Source: Terriglobia bacterium (GTDB lineage: Bacteria > Acidobacteriota > Terriglobia > 20CM-2-55-15). From it: DNA of 64,000 nt. A program made the translations under genes and the position numbers. The notes under the pieces were generated by a model. It had not been told where the DNA came from. It was given only the letters and a program-made list of their open reading frames with translations, and searched no databases. Shown one piece after another: positions 55,815 to 64,000 of the stretch; the stretch's first letter is position 1; every line of letters begins with the position of its first letter. The stretch is from positions 5,894,002-5,958,001 of the forward strand of contig CBDHGK010000041.1 of assembly GCA_965263045.1 (NCBI GenBank), given 5' to 3'.

Positions 55815-56253
55815 GTCTGTCCTTTCTCTGTTGCCACCTTTTTCAAAGGCGGATAGGAAAAATAGGAAGCCCACGGGCAGTATAGCCAGACTGCAGGAAA
55901 AAAGTGGATGGGGAATTTGACCGTTTCCCGGTGCGGATCCCGGCTCGCGGGTTGGATCGCACAGCCACAGATGCATGCAATGCGCGGTCACCGTACTGGT
56001 TGGTCTTTTCCGTAACGCCTCTTGATACAGTCCAACGGCATCTCCGCCGGCCGAGGACAGAGCCATGCGTTTTGTTCCGGGGCCGTCTCAGATCAACCAC
56101 GGCATAGAAAGGCACAGTAAGTGAATTGACAAAACGACAGATCGTCTCCAGTCTGGCGCCGACGGCTCGGTCGGTAACAGAAGCGCATTTGGATGGTCCA
56201 GTCCGGACACTTCGGGTTAAATGTCATCACAGAATACTCAGGAGGAGAACACG

Positions 56254-57351
56254 ATGAACGAATGGTTAACCAGAGCCTCACGCCGAATACTCATGCTTGC
56301 GATGGTGCTGGGATTAGCAGCACCGCCGCTGATGGCGCAGTTTCCGCCGAATATCAATGCCGCCGCGCCGGATGTGACCGATACGCATTTGCAGATCTGG
56401 GGCGAACGTTTCCCGCCGGGTAGCGAAGTGTGGCTGGCCGACCAACGGTTGACGGGCTTGGTCGTGGACCCGAGCGGCAATTTGATCACCGCGCTGCTTC
56501 CCCCCGTGCGAATTCATGGAACGTTTATGCTGCGAGTGGTCGAGCCCTCCCTGGGGAGGCTGGGGCGGTCCAATTTTTTTGAAGTGACGTTGGGAGCGAT
56601 CGGCCTTACAGGTGCCGCGGGTACGGATGGTGTGGACGGAAGTGATGGAGTGGATGGGGTCGACGGAGTGAACGGATTACCCGGGGCTCCTGGATTGCCG
56701 GGAGTCAATGGGGCGAATTGCTACGACGGGATCGGGATGACGGTGGCGGATTGCCAGGGAGCGCAGGGTCAGCCCGGACAGCCGGGATCGGATGCGGACG
56801 TGTGTGCGGTATACGCAATTCTTGGACAGGTGCCACCATTTGGCTCGGGGCTGCCGTGCGCCCCGACGATGCGGTTTGTGGACAACGGGGATGGAACGAT
56901 TACGGATAACCAGACGGGTCTGATGTGGGAGAAGAAGACGGCGTGCGGAGCCCAAGACCTTAACGATCCTCACTGCGTGGAGAATCGCTATGCGTGGTCA
57001 ACTAGTTTTCTTGACCCGAACGGCACGTTGTACAGCGATTTTCTTGTAAAATTGAACAGCGCCAGCCCCGAAATCGATAGTGTTACTGGCGAACTCACGG
57101 AGGTATACGGGGACTGGCGGATACCGACTCGAGCTGAACTGGAGGGCATTCTGGTGGAGCCTAATCCGTGCGGGCCGACACCGTGCATCGATGCGGCATT
57201 CGGTCCGACCCAGGCGTCCTTCTACTGGTCGTCGGCTACCAACGCCCTCTTTCCGCTCGACGCGTGGTTCGTCGACTTCAACAATGGCTTCGTGTTCTTC
57301 AACCTTAAGGGCAGCGGCAACTACGCGCGCGGGGTGCGAGGCGGCCGGTGA
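56254..57351 (+). CDS. Secreted collagen-like repeat protein with a C-terminal DUF1566 (Lcl C-terminal) domain
   Basis: Signal peptide. About 12 G-x-x triplets. DUF1566 blocks TGLMWEKK and DWRIPTRAELEGIL. Confidence 0.7.
   Translation: MNEWLTRASRRILMLAMVLGLAAPPLMAQFPPNINAAAPDVTDTHLQIWGERFPPGSEVWLADQRLTGLVVDPSGNLITALLPPVRIHGTFMLRVVEPSLGRLGRSNFFEVTLGAIGLTGAAGTDGVDGSDGVDGVDGVNGLPGAPGLPGVNGANCYDGIGMTVADCQGAQGQPGQPGSDADVCAVYAILGQVPPFGSGLPCAPTMRFVDNGDGTITDNQTGLMWEKKTACGAQDLNDPHCVENRYAWSTSFLDPNGTLYSDFLVKLNSASPEIDSVTGELTEVYGDWRIPTRAELEGILVEPNPCGPTPCIDAAFGPTQASFYWSSATNALFPLDAWFVDFNNGFVFFNLKGSGNYARGVRGGR
56611..56718 (+). repeat. Collagen-like G-x-x triplet repeat region (coding)
   Basis: GLTGAAGTDGVDGSDGVDGVDGVNGLPGAPGLPGVNG. 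Confidence 0.6.
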
Positions 57352-57734
57352 TGTCTTATTTGCTTATTTGATTCGGGGGTCTGGGGGGCTTGCCCCCCAG
57401 CGTATCCCCCGGGGTGACCAGAAATGAGACGGCAATGGCGTACACGGAGCACCTAACCAATTACAACAGCGTATACGATATCTGTCTGTACCGGGCAGAT
57501 GATCCAGGGCTTGGGACGGCATCTCAGGTATTCGAGCAGGTTGGGTATACAGGGCAGCGCCTGACGGATGTTGAAGTTGGGGGTTAAAGGCTCGGCTCAA
57601 TTCCCGGAGCGACAATTCTCCAGAATTGATCCAGTGAGTGGCCGAGGGCGGCACCGGATTCGACCACGAATGCATTCGACCAGAGCGTTAGCTTGACGGG
57701 AAGATGCGCATGGCCTTGGGCGAAAGGGAATGAA

Positions 57735-58073
57735 CTATCGGCCGAGCAGAGCTGCGACGATGGAGAGCAGGATGGCGACCTGAATGCTGACCAACCAGTG
57801 GAACTGACGGGCGACTTCCTGGCGAAACAGGTCTGCCTTCTGGTCCAGGGCGTCGATTCGAGAACCCAATTCTTCGCGAAAGCGATCCAATTTCTGGTCC
57901 AGAGCGTCGATCCGAGAACTCAAATCTCCGCGAAAGCGATCCATCTTTTGATTCACGGAATCGACTCTCCCATTTAAGTGGAGCAGAAGTTCTCGAATCT
58001 CTCCAAATCCCCGGGAGTGTTCGTCCAACTTGCCTTCCAAGAAAGCCACCCTTTCCTCTAAAGATGGAGGCAT
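57735..58073 (-). CDS. Coiled-coil protein with C-terminal TM anchor and 18-aa tandem repeats
   Basis: DRFRGDLSSRIDALDQKL / DRFREELGSRIDALDQKA repeats, encoded by a 54-bp tandem repeat (~57840-57950). C-terminal hydrophobic helix. Confidence 0.5.
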   Translation of the reverse strand: MPPSLEERVAFLEGKLDEHSRGFGEIRELLLHLNGRVDSVNQKMDRFRGDLSSRIDALDQKLDRFREELGSRIDALDQKADLFRQEVARQFHWLVSIQVAILLSIVAALLGR

Positions 58074-58478
58074 GCAGAACCTCCGTCCCGATTATATCGC
58101 GGAGTGCATTGTTTCATGCCTTATTCCAAGCATGTCGGATGCCGTTCGCGAATGAGACACTTTGGGCGGGAAAACTCGCGCAGATAGGGAATTCGGGTGC
58201 GTTTAATTCGCACCAAATGCGACTTAAGGGGAGGGCCTTGTCGGGGAACCGAGCGCGCGCGTACGCGATTCGAGCGGCCTTGAGGCACCATTAGAGGGAC
58301 CGGCACCCGTTCGGTCGATTCATCTGCTTCGACGGGATGCACCGTGCTCCTCGAGGGGGAACCCATGAGCGACAAGCCGCATGACCGGCGATGGGGATCC
58401 CAACTGCAGCTTCCGCCCACCGGTTCGCATATGTGCCAGCGACATGTGTAACCCATAGCGGCACACTGCGACCAAGCG

Positions 58479-58760
58479 ATGATTCAGTCATTCGAGGAAG
58501 CGAGACTGAAGCGTTCTTTTGAAACGGGGAATAACAAAGGCATTCCACCGCGCATGGTGCGGCGCATCGAACGACGTCTGGCCGCTCTTGACGATGCCAC
58601 GGCACGGATTGATCTGGGACAGTTCCCCGGAATTATGCTCCACGCAACAAAGGGCAATCGCAAAACCGAGTGGGCGGTGTGGGTGACCGGTAGCTGGCGA
58701 ATAACGTTTAAGTTTGCCCGTGGGAACGTGGTGGACGTGGACCTTGAGGACTATCATTAA
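58479..58760 (+). CDS. higB: HigB-type toxin (RelE/ParE superfamily)
   Basis: MIQSFEEARLKRSFETG...LHATKGNRKTEWAVWVTGSWRITFKF...VDLEDYH closely matches the HigB consensus. Confidence 0.8.
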   Translation: MIQSFEEARLKRSFETGNNKGIPPRMVRRIERRLAALDDATARIDLGQFPGIMLHATKGNRKTEWAVWVTGSWRITFKFARGNVVDVDLEDYH

Positions 58761-58851
58761 CCGTGTTCACTCCGGGATGCACCGCGTGGACTGAACGTCT
58801 GCATCAGTTTGTGTAGCAGTTGGCAATAGTAGATGAATGGGGGGCGACTCC

Positions 58852-59598
58852 ATGAAGCGAGAAAAGCGAGCACTGCGTGCTATACATCCCGGGGAAATGA
58901 TCCGGGAAGAGATACTGTCGGAACTGGATATGAGTCAGGCCGAGTTTGCCGGTCGACCGGGCGTCTCTCGCAGGGCTTCTTCAATGTCGGACTCGAACGT
59001 TCATATCACCGGAAGGAGACCCACAGTGACCATCAACCGGCTAACTCGATACGTTGCTTCCGGCTTTTTCGCCATGCTGCTGCCCCTGCTCGCTCAGGCA
59101 CAAGAGCCAGTTCGGTCCTTTGAGCAACTGGACGTGCAAATGATGCTTGCGGAAGGGGATGAGGTTCGGCTCGTCGACGTCGACGGCGTGACGGTCAATG
59201 GCCGCTTTGAGTCGGTTTCCGCTGATTCGATGGATGTGGTTGTTGATGGAAGCCGGCGCTCGATACTCGAAGAGTCCGTTCGGGAGATCAGGTTGCAACG
59301 GCCGGATTCGCGTGAGAATGGCGTGCTCATTGGTCTCGCCGCGGGCGTGGGTGCGGGTTATGTCGGTGTGGTCAGTGCATGTGATCTCCCCGACCCGGAA
59401 TGTGGGGCCAATGTAGGCGCAATCTTGTTCCCGGTTTTCGCCGGCGTCGGTGTCCTCGCTGGTTTTCTGATCGATCACCTGATTCACGGTTACGACACTG
59501 TGTTTGAAGCTCCGAATCCTGCCCAAAGTAGCCGCATCGCGATTTTTCCGGTTGTCGAGAAGCAGGAGAAAGGCATCCAGGTCAGCATTTCTTTCTGA
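58852..59598 (+). CDS. HigA-like HTH (XRE-family) N-terminus, continuous in frame with a 190-aa secreted/membrane module. The module has its own SD-GTG at 59026.
   Basis: IHPGEMIREEILSELDMSQAEFAGRPGVS resembles the HigA HTH. No stop occurs until 59598. The internal start is ggaAGGAGacccacaGTG, followed by a signal peptide (MTINRLTRYVASGFFAMLLPLLAQA) and two Gly-rich TM segments. Confidence 0.5.
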   Translation: MKREKRALRAIHPGEMIREEILSELDMSQAEFAGRPGVSRRASSMSDSNVHITGRRPTVTINRLTRYVASGFFAMLLPLLAQAQEPVRSFEQLDVQMMLAEGDEVRLVDVDGVTVNGRFESVSADSMDVVVDGSRRSILEESVREIRLQRPDSRENGVLIGLAAGVGAGYVGVVSACDLPDPECGANVGAILFPVFAGVGVLAGFLIDHLIHGYDTVFEAPNPAQSSRIAIFPVVEKQEKGIQVSISF

Positions 59599-59750
59599 TC
59601 TTGCTCTCTCCTGATCGCGACGCCCGACCCATCGTTTAATCCTTTCTAAGTCAATAATATTCTGAACCACGCCGAATACGATCGGGGTAACCGGAAGAGG
59701 TAGTACCGCCGTTGAGGAGTCTTTAGTCAATTTTTTCGGGGAGGGCGCAC

Positions 59751-59915
59751 ATGACTGCACCACGTGTATCTCAGAAATACATGGGATTGATTGGAAAGTT
59801 TTCGCTTCGTCCAATTCGGTCCGATCTGGATTTGAAAGAGGCTGACAGTCCTCACCTCTGTGCGACCCGGACATGCTTGCACCAACCGAAGAAAATGATA
59901 GAGGCAGAGCTATAA
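59751..59915 (+). CDS. Possible small ORF (54 aa) with an SD and a downstream terminator-like hairpin/T-tract
   Basis: GGGAGGG lies 6 nt before the ATG. Followed by AAAACGCGGCCGCCTCGTGCCCGACGCGTCCCGTTTTT. Lower GC than surrounding genes. Not in the ORF track because it is under 60 aa. Confidence 0.2.
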   Translation: MTAPRVSQKYMGLIGKFSLRPIRSDLDLKEADSPHLCATRTCLHQPKKMIEAEL

Positions 59916-60165
59916 AACGCGGCCGCCTCGTGCCCGACGCGTCCCGTTTTTATTGACCTTGAAACCCACCTGTAGTCTTATTCATCCAATACCAGCCGGC
60001 GCTCATAGTGGCCACCCTACAATCCGGCCCCAAACTCCTGAGAGTGGTGTGGGAGAGGTGCAAGGTGTCCGTGACAGCCGGTCAATGCGCTGGTGTCGCC
60101 ATCAGGACATTCCCCGGGGAGTTCGCACGTGATGCGGAGCTTCCCGTTCAACAAGGAGCAGCCAG

Positions 60166-61845
60166 ATGTTCAGGAAGTGGAATCAAACGGTCATCGGTCT
60201 CATTGGAACTGTGTTGCTGGCCCTCGGCTGCTCGACAGATCCAGCGGGTGATATTGCCGCCGATACGGTGGCGGCCCCGGAAGGCCACAGTGGGGTCATT
60301 CAGGGAGTGGTCTCGGATTCGTCCGGGCAGCCTCTGGCGGGAGCTTTTGTAAAGTTAAAGAACGCCGAACGGCGCCTGACGTTTATGTACATCAGCCAGG
60401 ACGAAGGGCGTTACGCAGCCACCAAACTGCCCGAGGGGAGCTACCTCGTGCAGGGTGTCGGAAACGAATTCGAGAGCGCCTGGTCCGCCCCCGTGGAGGT
60501 ATCGGATCACGGGACGGCACAGATGGATCTCGCGCTCACAGTCGGGCGGGCGCCGGCCCTGCCGGCGGCATGGCCACGGAGGGTGCCCGAGCATATGGCG
60601 ACGGCGAGCACTCTTCCTGCAGGGCGCGGCAAAGAAATTATCATGGCGCGCTGCACCGGCTGTCATTCCGAAGCCAGTGTGATTACCCGGCGAGTTGACC
60701 GCGAGACCTGGGAATCCACCATAACTGAAATGCGTGAGGAGATGGTCGGCGTCGATCTGCCCGACCTCAGCGATGACGACGTCAGCGTCTTGCTGGATTA
60801 TCTCACCCAGAACCTGCCGCCGATGCCGCCGCCCGATCCGAACAGCCGCTTGATGCGGACACTGTTGGCTGGCGAAGCCAGGAACTACCGTGTGGTGCAA
60901 TACGATGTCGAAAATGCACTGGTCGAAAACCACGATGTCGCAGTGGATCCCTGGGGAGTGGGCTGGGCCAACCAGCGTACCGGCGGCAAAATCAGCCGTT
61001 TCGATCCCGTCTCTTACGAATACAGCGAAATCGGCCCACCGCTATATACGGCCGAGCGCGCACGTCCCGGCAATCTGCAGATCAGCAGGGACGGCATCAT
61101 GTGGTTTGCCGATCCGTTCGAGACACGCTGGCTGAGCTACGACATTGCTGCCGACCAATGGACCGACTGGCCCTTCCCGAGCGGCGAGATCCGCGGACCA
61201 GTCCAGGGAAACAGCATGGTGCTGCATCCCGACGGTTCGGTCTGGTCCTCCGGCCCGGGCGCCGCAAGGAGACTGGATCCGGCCACGGGCGAATGGAGCG
61301 CATGGGATACGCCGACCTGGACGGCGACCGAGGAGAATCCCGGCGGTTACGGCATCACGGTCGCCGGTGACGGGCGGGTCTGGATGGCTGAAAACCTGGT
61401 GGACCGCCTGGCGCGTTTCGACGGACACACCGGAGAGGTGGTTGAGTTTGACGTCCCGGTGGAGGGCACCTCCTATCCACGCCGGATGGACCATGACGGG
61501 GAAGGCAATGTCTGGATCGGGTTGTGGGGGACCGGAAACATACTGAAGATTGACTACAGGACGGACGAAATGACCGTCATCGAGCCTCCGATTCCATACA
61601 GCGGTGCTTACTCGATCGATTTTGACGAGAGCAAAGACCTGCTGTGGGTGACCTTGCACACGGTGGACATTATCGCGCGGTACGATCCCAGGACCGGAGA
61701 GTGGCTGATGTTACCGCTGCCACAGGCGGAAACCGACGTGAGGCGCCTGGAAGTCGACCAGAACAACCCGAACCGCATCTGGTGGAGCAGCAACGCTTTC
61801 AACGCCAGAATCGGATACGTTGAACTGTTGGACAGCGCGGGGTAG
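60166..61845 (+). CDS. Lipoprotein with carboxypeptidase-regulatory-like N-domain, a c-type haem motif (CTGCH) and a C-terminal beta-propeller (Vgb-lyase/NHL-like repeats)
   Basis: Lipobox LALGCS. CxxCH at ARCTGCHSE. Repeated blades (ITVAGDGRVWMAEN...). Confidence 0.6.
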   Translation: MFRKWNQTVIGLIGTVLLALGCSTDPAGDIAADTVAAPEGHSGVIQGVVSDSSGQPLAGAFVKLKNAERRLTFMYISQDEGRYAATKLPEGSYLVQGVGNEFESAWSAPVEVSDHGTAQMDLALTVGRAPALPAAWPRRVPEHMATASTLPAGRGKEIIMARCTGCHSEASVITRRVDRETWESTITEMREEMVGVDLPDLSDDDVSVLLDYLTQNLPPMPPPDPNSRLMRTLLAGEARNYRVVQYDVENALVENHDVAVDPWGVGWANQRTGGKISRFDPVSYEYSEIGPPLYTAERARPGNLQISRDGIMWFADPFETRWLSYDIAADQWTDWPFPSGEIRGPVQGNSMVLHPDGSVWSSGPGAARRLDPATGEWSAWDTPTWTATEENPGGYGITVAGDGRVWMAENLVDRLARFDGHTGEVVEFDVPVEGTSYPRRMDHDGEGNVWIGLWGTGNILKIDYRTDEMTVIEPPIPYSGAYSIDFDESKDLLWVTLHTVDIIARYDPRTGEWLMLPLPQAETDVRRLEVDQNNPNRIWWSSNAFNARIGYVELLDSAG

Positions 61846-61955
61846 AGAAGCGACGGGGTACTCCCATCGAACACGACCATTGGAGTTGCCCCGGACATGT
61901 CTGTGCGAACTGGAGTGAATGTCCGATGACACTCGGGCATTGAAGGACAACGGCC

Positions 61956-62343
61956 GTGAAGCAATCGCAGTGGATAACGATCGTGGCTATTGTCTGTTTC
62001 CTGGGTGCCGGGGCAGCCGCGAAGGTACCGTCACAGGCGCAGGCCCCGGATCTGATTCTGTCGAACGGATAGATCGTCACCATAGACGACCGCTTCACGA
62101 TTGCAGAAGCGGTGGCCGTGGCCGGTGAACGTATCGTCGCGGTCGGCACGAATCAGGAAATTGCCCGATTGTCCGGTCCCAACACCCGAACGATTGATCT
62201 CGGGGGACGGACGGTCACTCCCGGTCTGATCTGCTGGTTCTGGACCGCGACTACCTGACGATTCCAGCCGACGAGATCAAGGACATCGAGTCGGCAATGG
62301 CGATTGTTGGCGGAAGAATCGCCTACGATGCCGGGCGGGACTG
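61956..62343 (+). pseudogene. Remnant of a secreted amidohydrolase gene: N-terminus fused to C-terminus by a ~1.2-kb internal deletion, plus an in-frame TAG
   Basis: GTG at 61956 gives a signal peptide (KQSQWITIVAIVCFLGAGAAA). Then PDLILSNG-TAG-IVTIDDRFTIAEAVAVAGERIVAVGTNQEI...RTVTPGLI runs straight into DLLVLDRDYLTIPADEIKDIESAMAIVGGRIAYDAGRD, in a different frame. Confidence 0.55.
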
Positions 62344-62344
62344 A

Positions 62345-62941
62345 TTATCGATATCCGTCGTTGACGGTGGCGTCTTTCGAATCGGGCAAGCCGAGCCGCC
62401 GGCGCCGGCGCTCGCTGAGAAACGTCGGTTGAGGCGGTGCGGGGACGGGGGGCTCGTGTGAGTCCCGTTTCCGGCGCCGGCGCGACAACTCCAACCGGAG
62501 GCTCTCTTCCCCCCGCGCCATCGCCCAGCCGTGATTTGCGGCGAAGACCGGCCGTATCAGGACCGACAGGTAGCGCAGCAGCGGCTTCCGGGCCGTGACT
62601 GTCCAGACGTACTCGACCCGCACATTCGGGCCGTCCGCCGTGAACGTCCAGCGTCCCTCTCCTTCGAAGTCCCCTGAGGCGCGCAGCACGATGCGGCTGG
62701 GACGAAGCATCTCGACGGTACGGGCCTTCCATTGGAGGACATAGGGGAGCCACCCCTTCGACACTAAGCGAACGACTTTGCCGATCCCATCGTCATCGCC
62801 GGCTTCGAGCACTTCAACCTGCAACCAGACGGCCGGCCACCACCTGGCGAACGCGGCCGGGTTTTCGATGACGCTGTAAACTTCTTCGGGCGTCGCTTCG
62901 ACACGCCAGCGTGTGACGAAGCGATACTGAGTGCTGAGCAT
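62345..62941 (-). CDS. SRPBCC (polyketide cyclase/START-like) family protein
   Basis: N-terminal 150 aa match the polyketide_cyc2 pattern. Basic, low-complexity tail. Confidence 0.6.
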   Translation of the reverse strand: MLSTQYRFVTRWRVEATPEEVYSVIENPAAFARWWPAVWLQVEVLEAGDDDGIGKVVRLVSKGWLPYVLQWKARTVEMLRPSRIVLRASGDFEGEGRWTFTADGPNVRVEYVWTVTARKPLLRYLSVLIRPVFAANHGWAMARGEESLRLELSRRRRKRDSHEPPVPAPPQPTFLSERRRRRLGLPDSKDATVNDGYR

Positions 62942-62951
62942 CTAAACCTGA

Positions 62952-63746
62952 TCACTTCGATCGATTTCGCTTGTCGGATGCAACGGTGGCGAGCTCCAGC
63001 ACTACCGGGCAGTGATCCGAACCCGTAATATCATTGAGAATATCGGCGTTCTTGATCTGGCCTGTCAGGGTCTCCGATACAAGAAAGTAGTCGATTCTCC
63101 AGCCCACGTTGTTTTGCCGCGCGTTGGCGCGGTAGCTCCACCAGCTGTACTTGATCGCATCGGGATTCTTATATCTGAAGGTATCCACGAATCCGGAGGC
63201 GATCAGATTATCCATTCCGTCGATTTCAGCCTGCGTATATCCCGGGCTCTTGTTGTAGTTGGGTTTGGGGCGGGCGAGGTCAATGTCGGTGTGCGCAACA
63301 TTGAAATCGCCACACAGCACCACAGGCTTTTCTTTTTCCAGTTTCTTAAGATACTTGAGGAAATCCGCATCCCACTGTTGTCGATACTTCAGCCGTTTGA
63401 GTCCATCACCGGAGTTGGGAGTATAGGCCGTCACAACGAAACAGGAAACCAATTCGACAGCGATGACCCGACCCTCCAGATCATGCGCCTCAACACCAAT
63501 GTCTGCGCGGACGGAGAGCGGTTCCTCCCTGCATAAGATCGCCGTGCCCGAATATCCCTTTTTCTCGGCGGAATTGGTGATGATGCGGTAGCTGTCAATA
63601 TCGGCGAGAGCTTCGAGGACTTGATCGTCCTGGGCTTTGGTTTCTTGCAGGCAGAACACATCAGCGTCCAGGCTCTCGAAGGAAGCCGCAAAGCCCTTTT
63701 TGATTGCGGCACGAACGCCATTAACGTTCCAGGAAACTAAGCGCAT
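62952..63746 (-). CDS. xth: Exodeoxyribonuclease III
   Basis: MRLVSWNVNG..., CLQETK, GDFNVAH, SDHCPV blocks of the ExoIII/APE1 family. The longer ORF extends to 63803. Confidence 0.85.
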   Translation of the reverse strand: MRLVSWNVNGVRAAIKKGFAASFESLDADVFCLQETKAQDDQVLEALADIDSYRIITNSAEKKGYSGTAILCREEPLSVRADIGVEAHDLEGRVIAVELVSCFVVTAYTPNSGDGLKRLKYRQQWDADFLKYLKKLEKEKPVVLCGDFNVAHTDIDLARPKPNYNKSPGYTQAEIDGMDNLIASGFVDTFRYKNPDAIKYSWWSYRANARQNNVGWRIDYFLVSETLTGQIKNADILNDITGSDHCPVVLELATVASDKRNRSK

Positions 63747-64000
63747 GGATCTTTCCTGCTTGTGGCTCGGTTTGCGATTCTGTCCGTCATCCTTGCTGCA
63801 CAATATAATACCGGATCAACTGCAGCTGAGTTGATCTACAGGCAATTCAAAGACTGTTTCGTATTCGCTTCGTAAGAAAAGCGTAAGGCGGCGAGCGTCG
63901 AACGCGGCCGAGGAGCACTGCGGCGGCGAGCCAGAATCCCCACGACAGCCGCTCAGCCAGGGACAGCATCCGCAGATGCTCCCAGGCAAGCCAGGGCGTC

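Noticed and set aside
59041-59874. 277-aa minus-strand ORF overlapping the HigA-like/membrane-module gene
   Set aside because: It is antisense. The plus-strand frame carries the HTH, an SD-GTG and a signal peptide.
1-64000. Scan for tRNA (including tRNA-Sec), rRNA and CRISPR arrays
   Set aside because: No T-loop GTTCRANTC contexts with cloverleaf potential, no rRNA-like segments and no regularly spaced direct repeats were seen in the non-coding gaps. The one GTTCGATTCC hit (19915) lies inside the NHL-repeat coding sequence.

Overview
High-GC (~65%) bacterial chromosomal segment, densely coding on both strands. The PEP-CTERM protein, PQQ enzymes and selenoproteins suggest an exosortase-bearing Gram-negative bacterium. 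No rRNA, tRNA or CRISPR array was found.

Clear genes, in order:
- a Co-type nitrile hydratase cluster (alpha-beta-accessory);
- an acyl-CoA synthetase, a RidA protein and an IS1380-family insertion sequence;
- two divergently transcribed PQQ-dependent dehydrogenases separated by a perfect 32-bp inverted-repeat pair;
- an NHL-repeat lipoprotein, an amidohydrolase and a PhoD-like phosphatase;
- a dienelactone hydrolase, a TAXI-type receptor and a DASS transporter;
- an ECF sigma factor / Ser-Thr kinase pair and an SPFH protein;
- a ~10-kb minus-strand block: ABC ATPase, giant double-FtsX permease, PQQ-like beta-propeller, GT4 glycosyltransferase, and a LuxC-like reductase / LuxE-like adenylating-enzyme pair;
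- an MBL hydrolase, a PEP-CTERM protein and an LLM flavin oxidoreductase;
- a Rieske-TPP enzyme fusion with a PanE-like reductase, a DinB protein and a flavin reductase;
- a collagen-like/DUF1566 protein, a HigB/HigA-like module, a cytochrome-c beta-propeller lipoprotein, an SRPBCC protein and exonuclease III.

Most notable observations:
1. Two copies of a conserved multi-hairpin element (~135-165 nt) showing compensatory base-pair changes. They sit in the leaders flanking the LuxC/LuxE-like pair and upstream of the glycosyltransferase. This is a candidate novel cis-regulatory RNA, or the terminal repeats of an inserted module.
2. Two selenoprotein genes with in-frame UGA: a UGSC-family protein and an ArsC/Spx-like protein with a UxxC motif. 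Each has a candidate SECIS hairpin.
3. Several decayed genes: a frameshifted nucleotidyltransferase, an amidohydrolase with an internal deletion plus a TAG stop, and an IS transposase C-terminal remnant.
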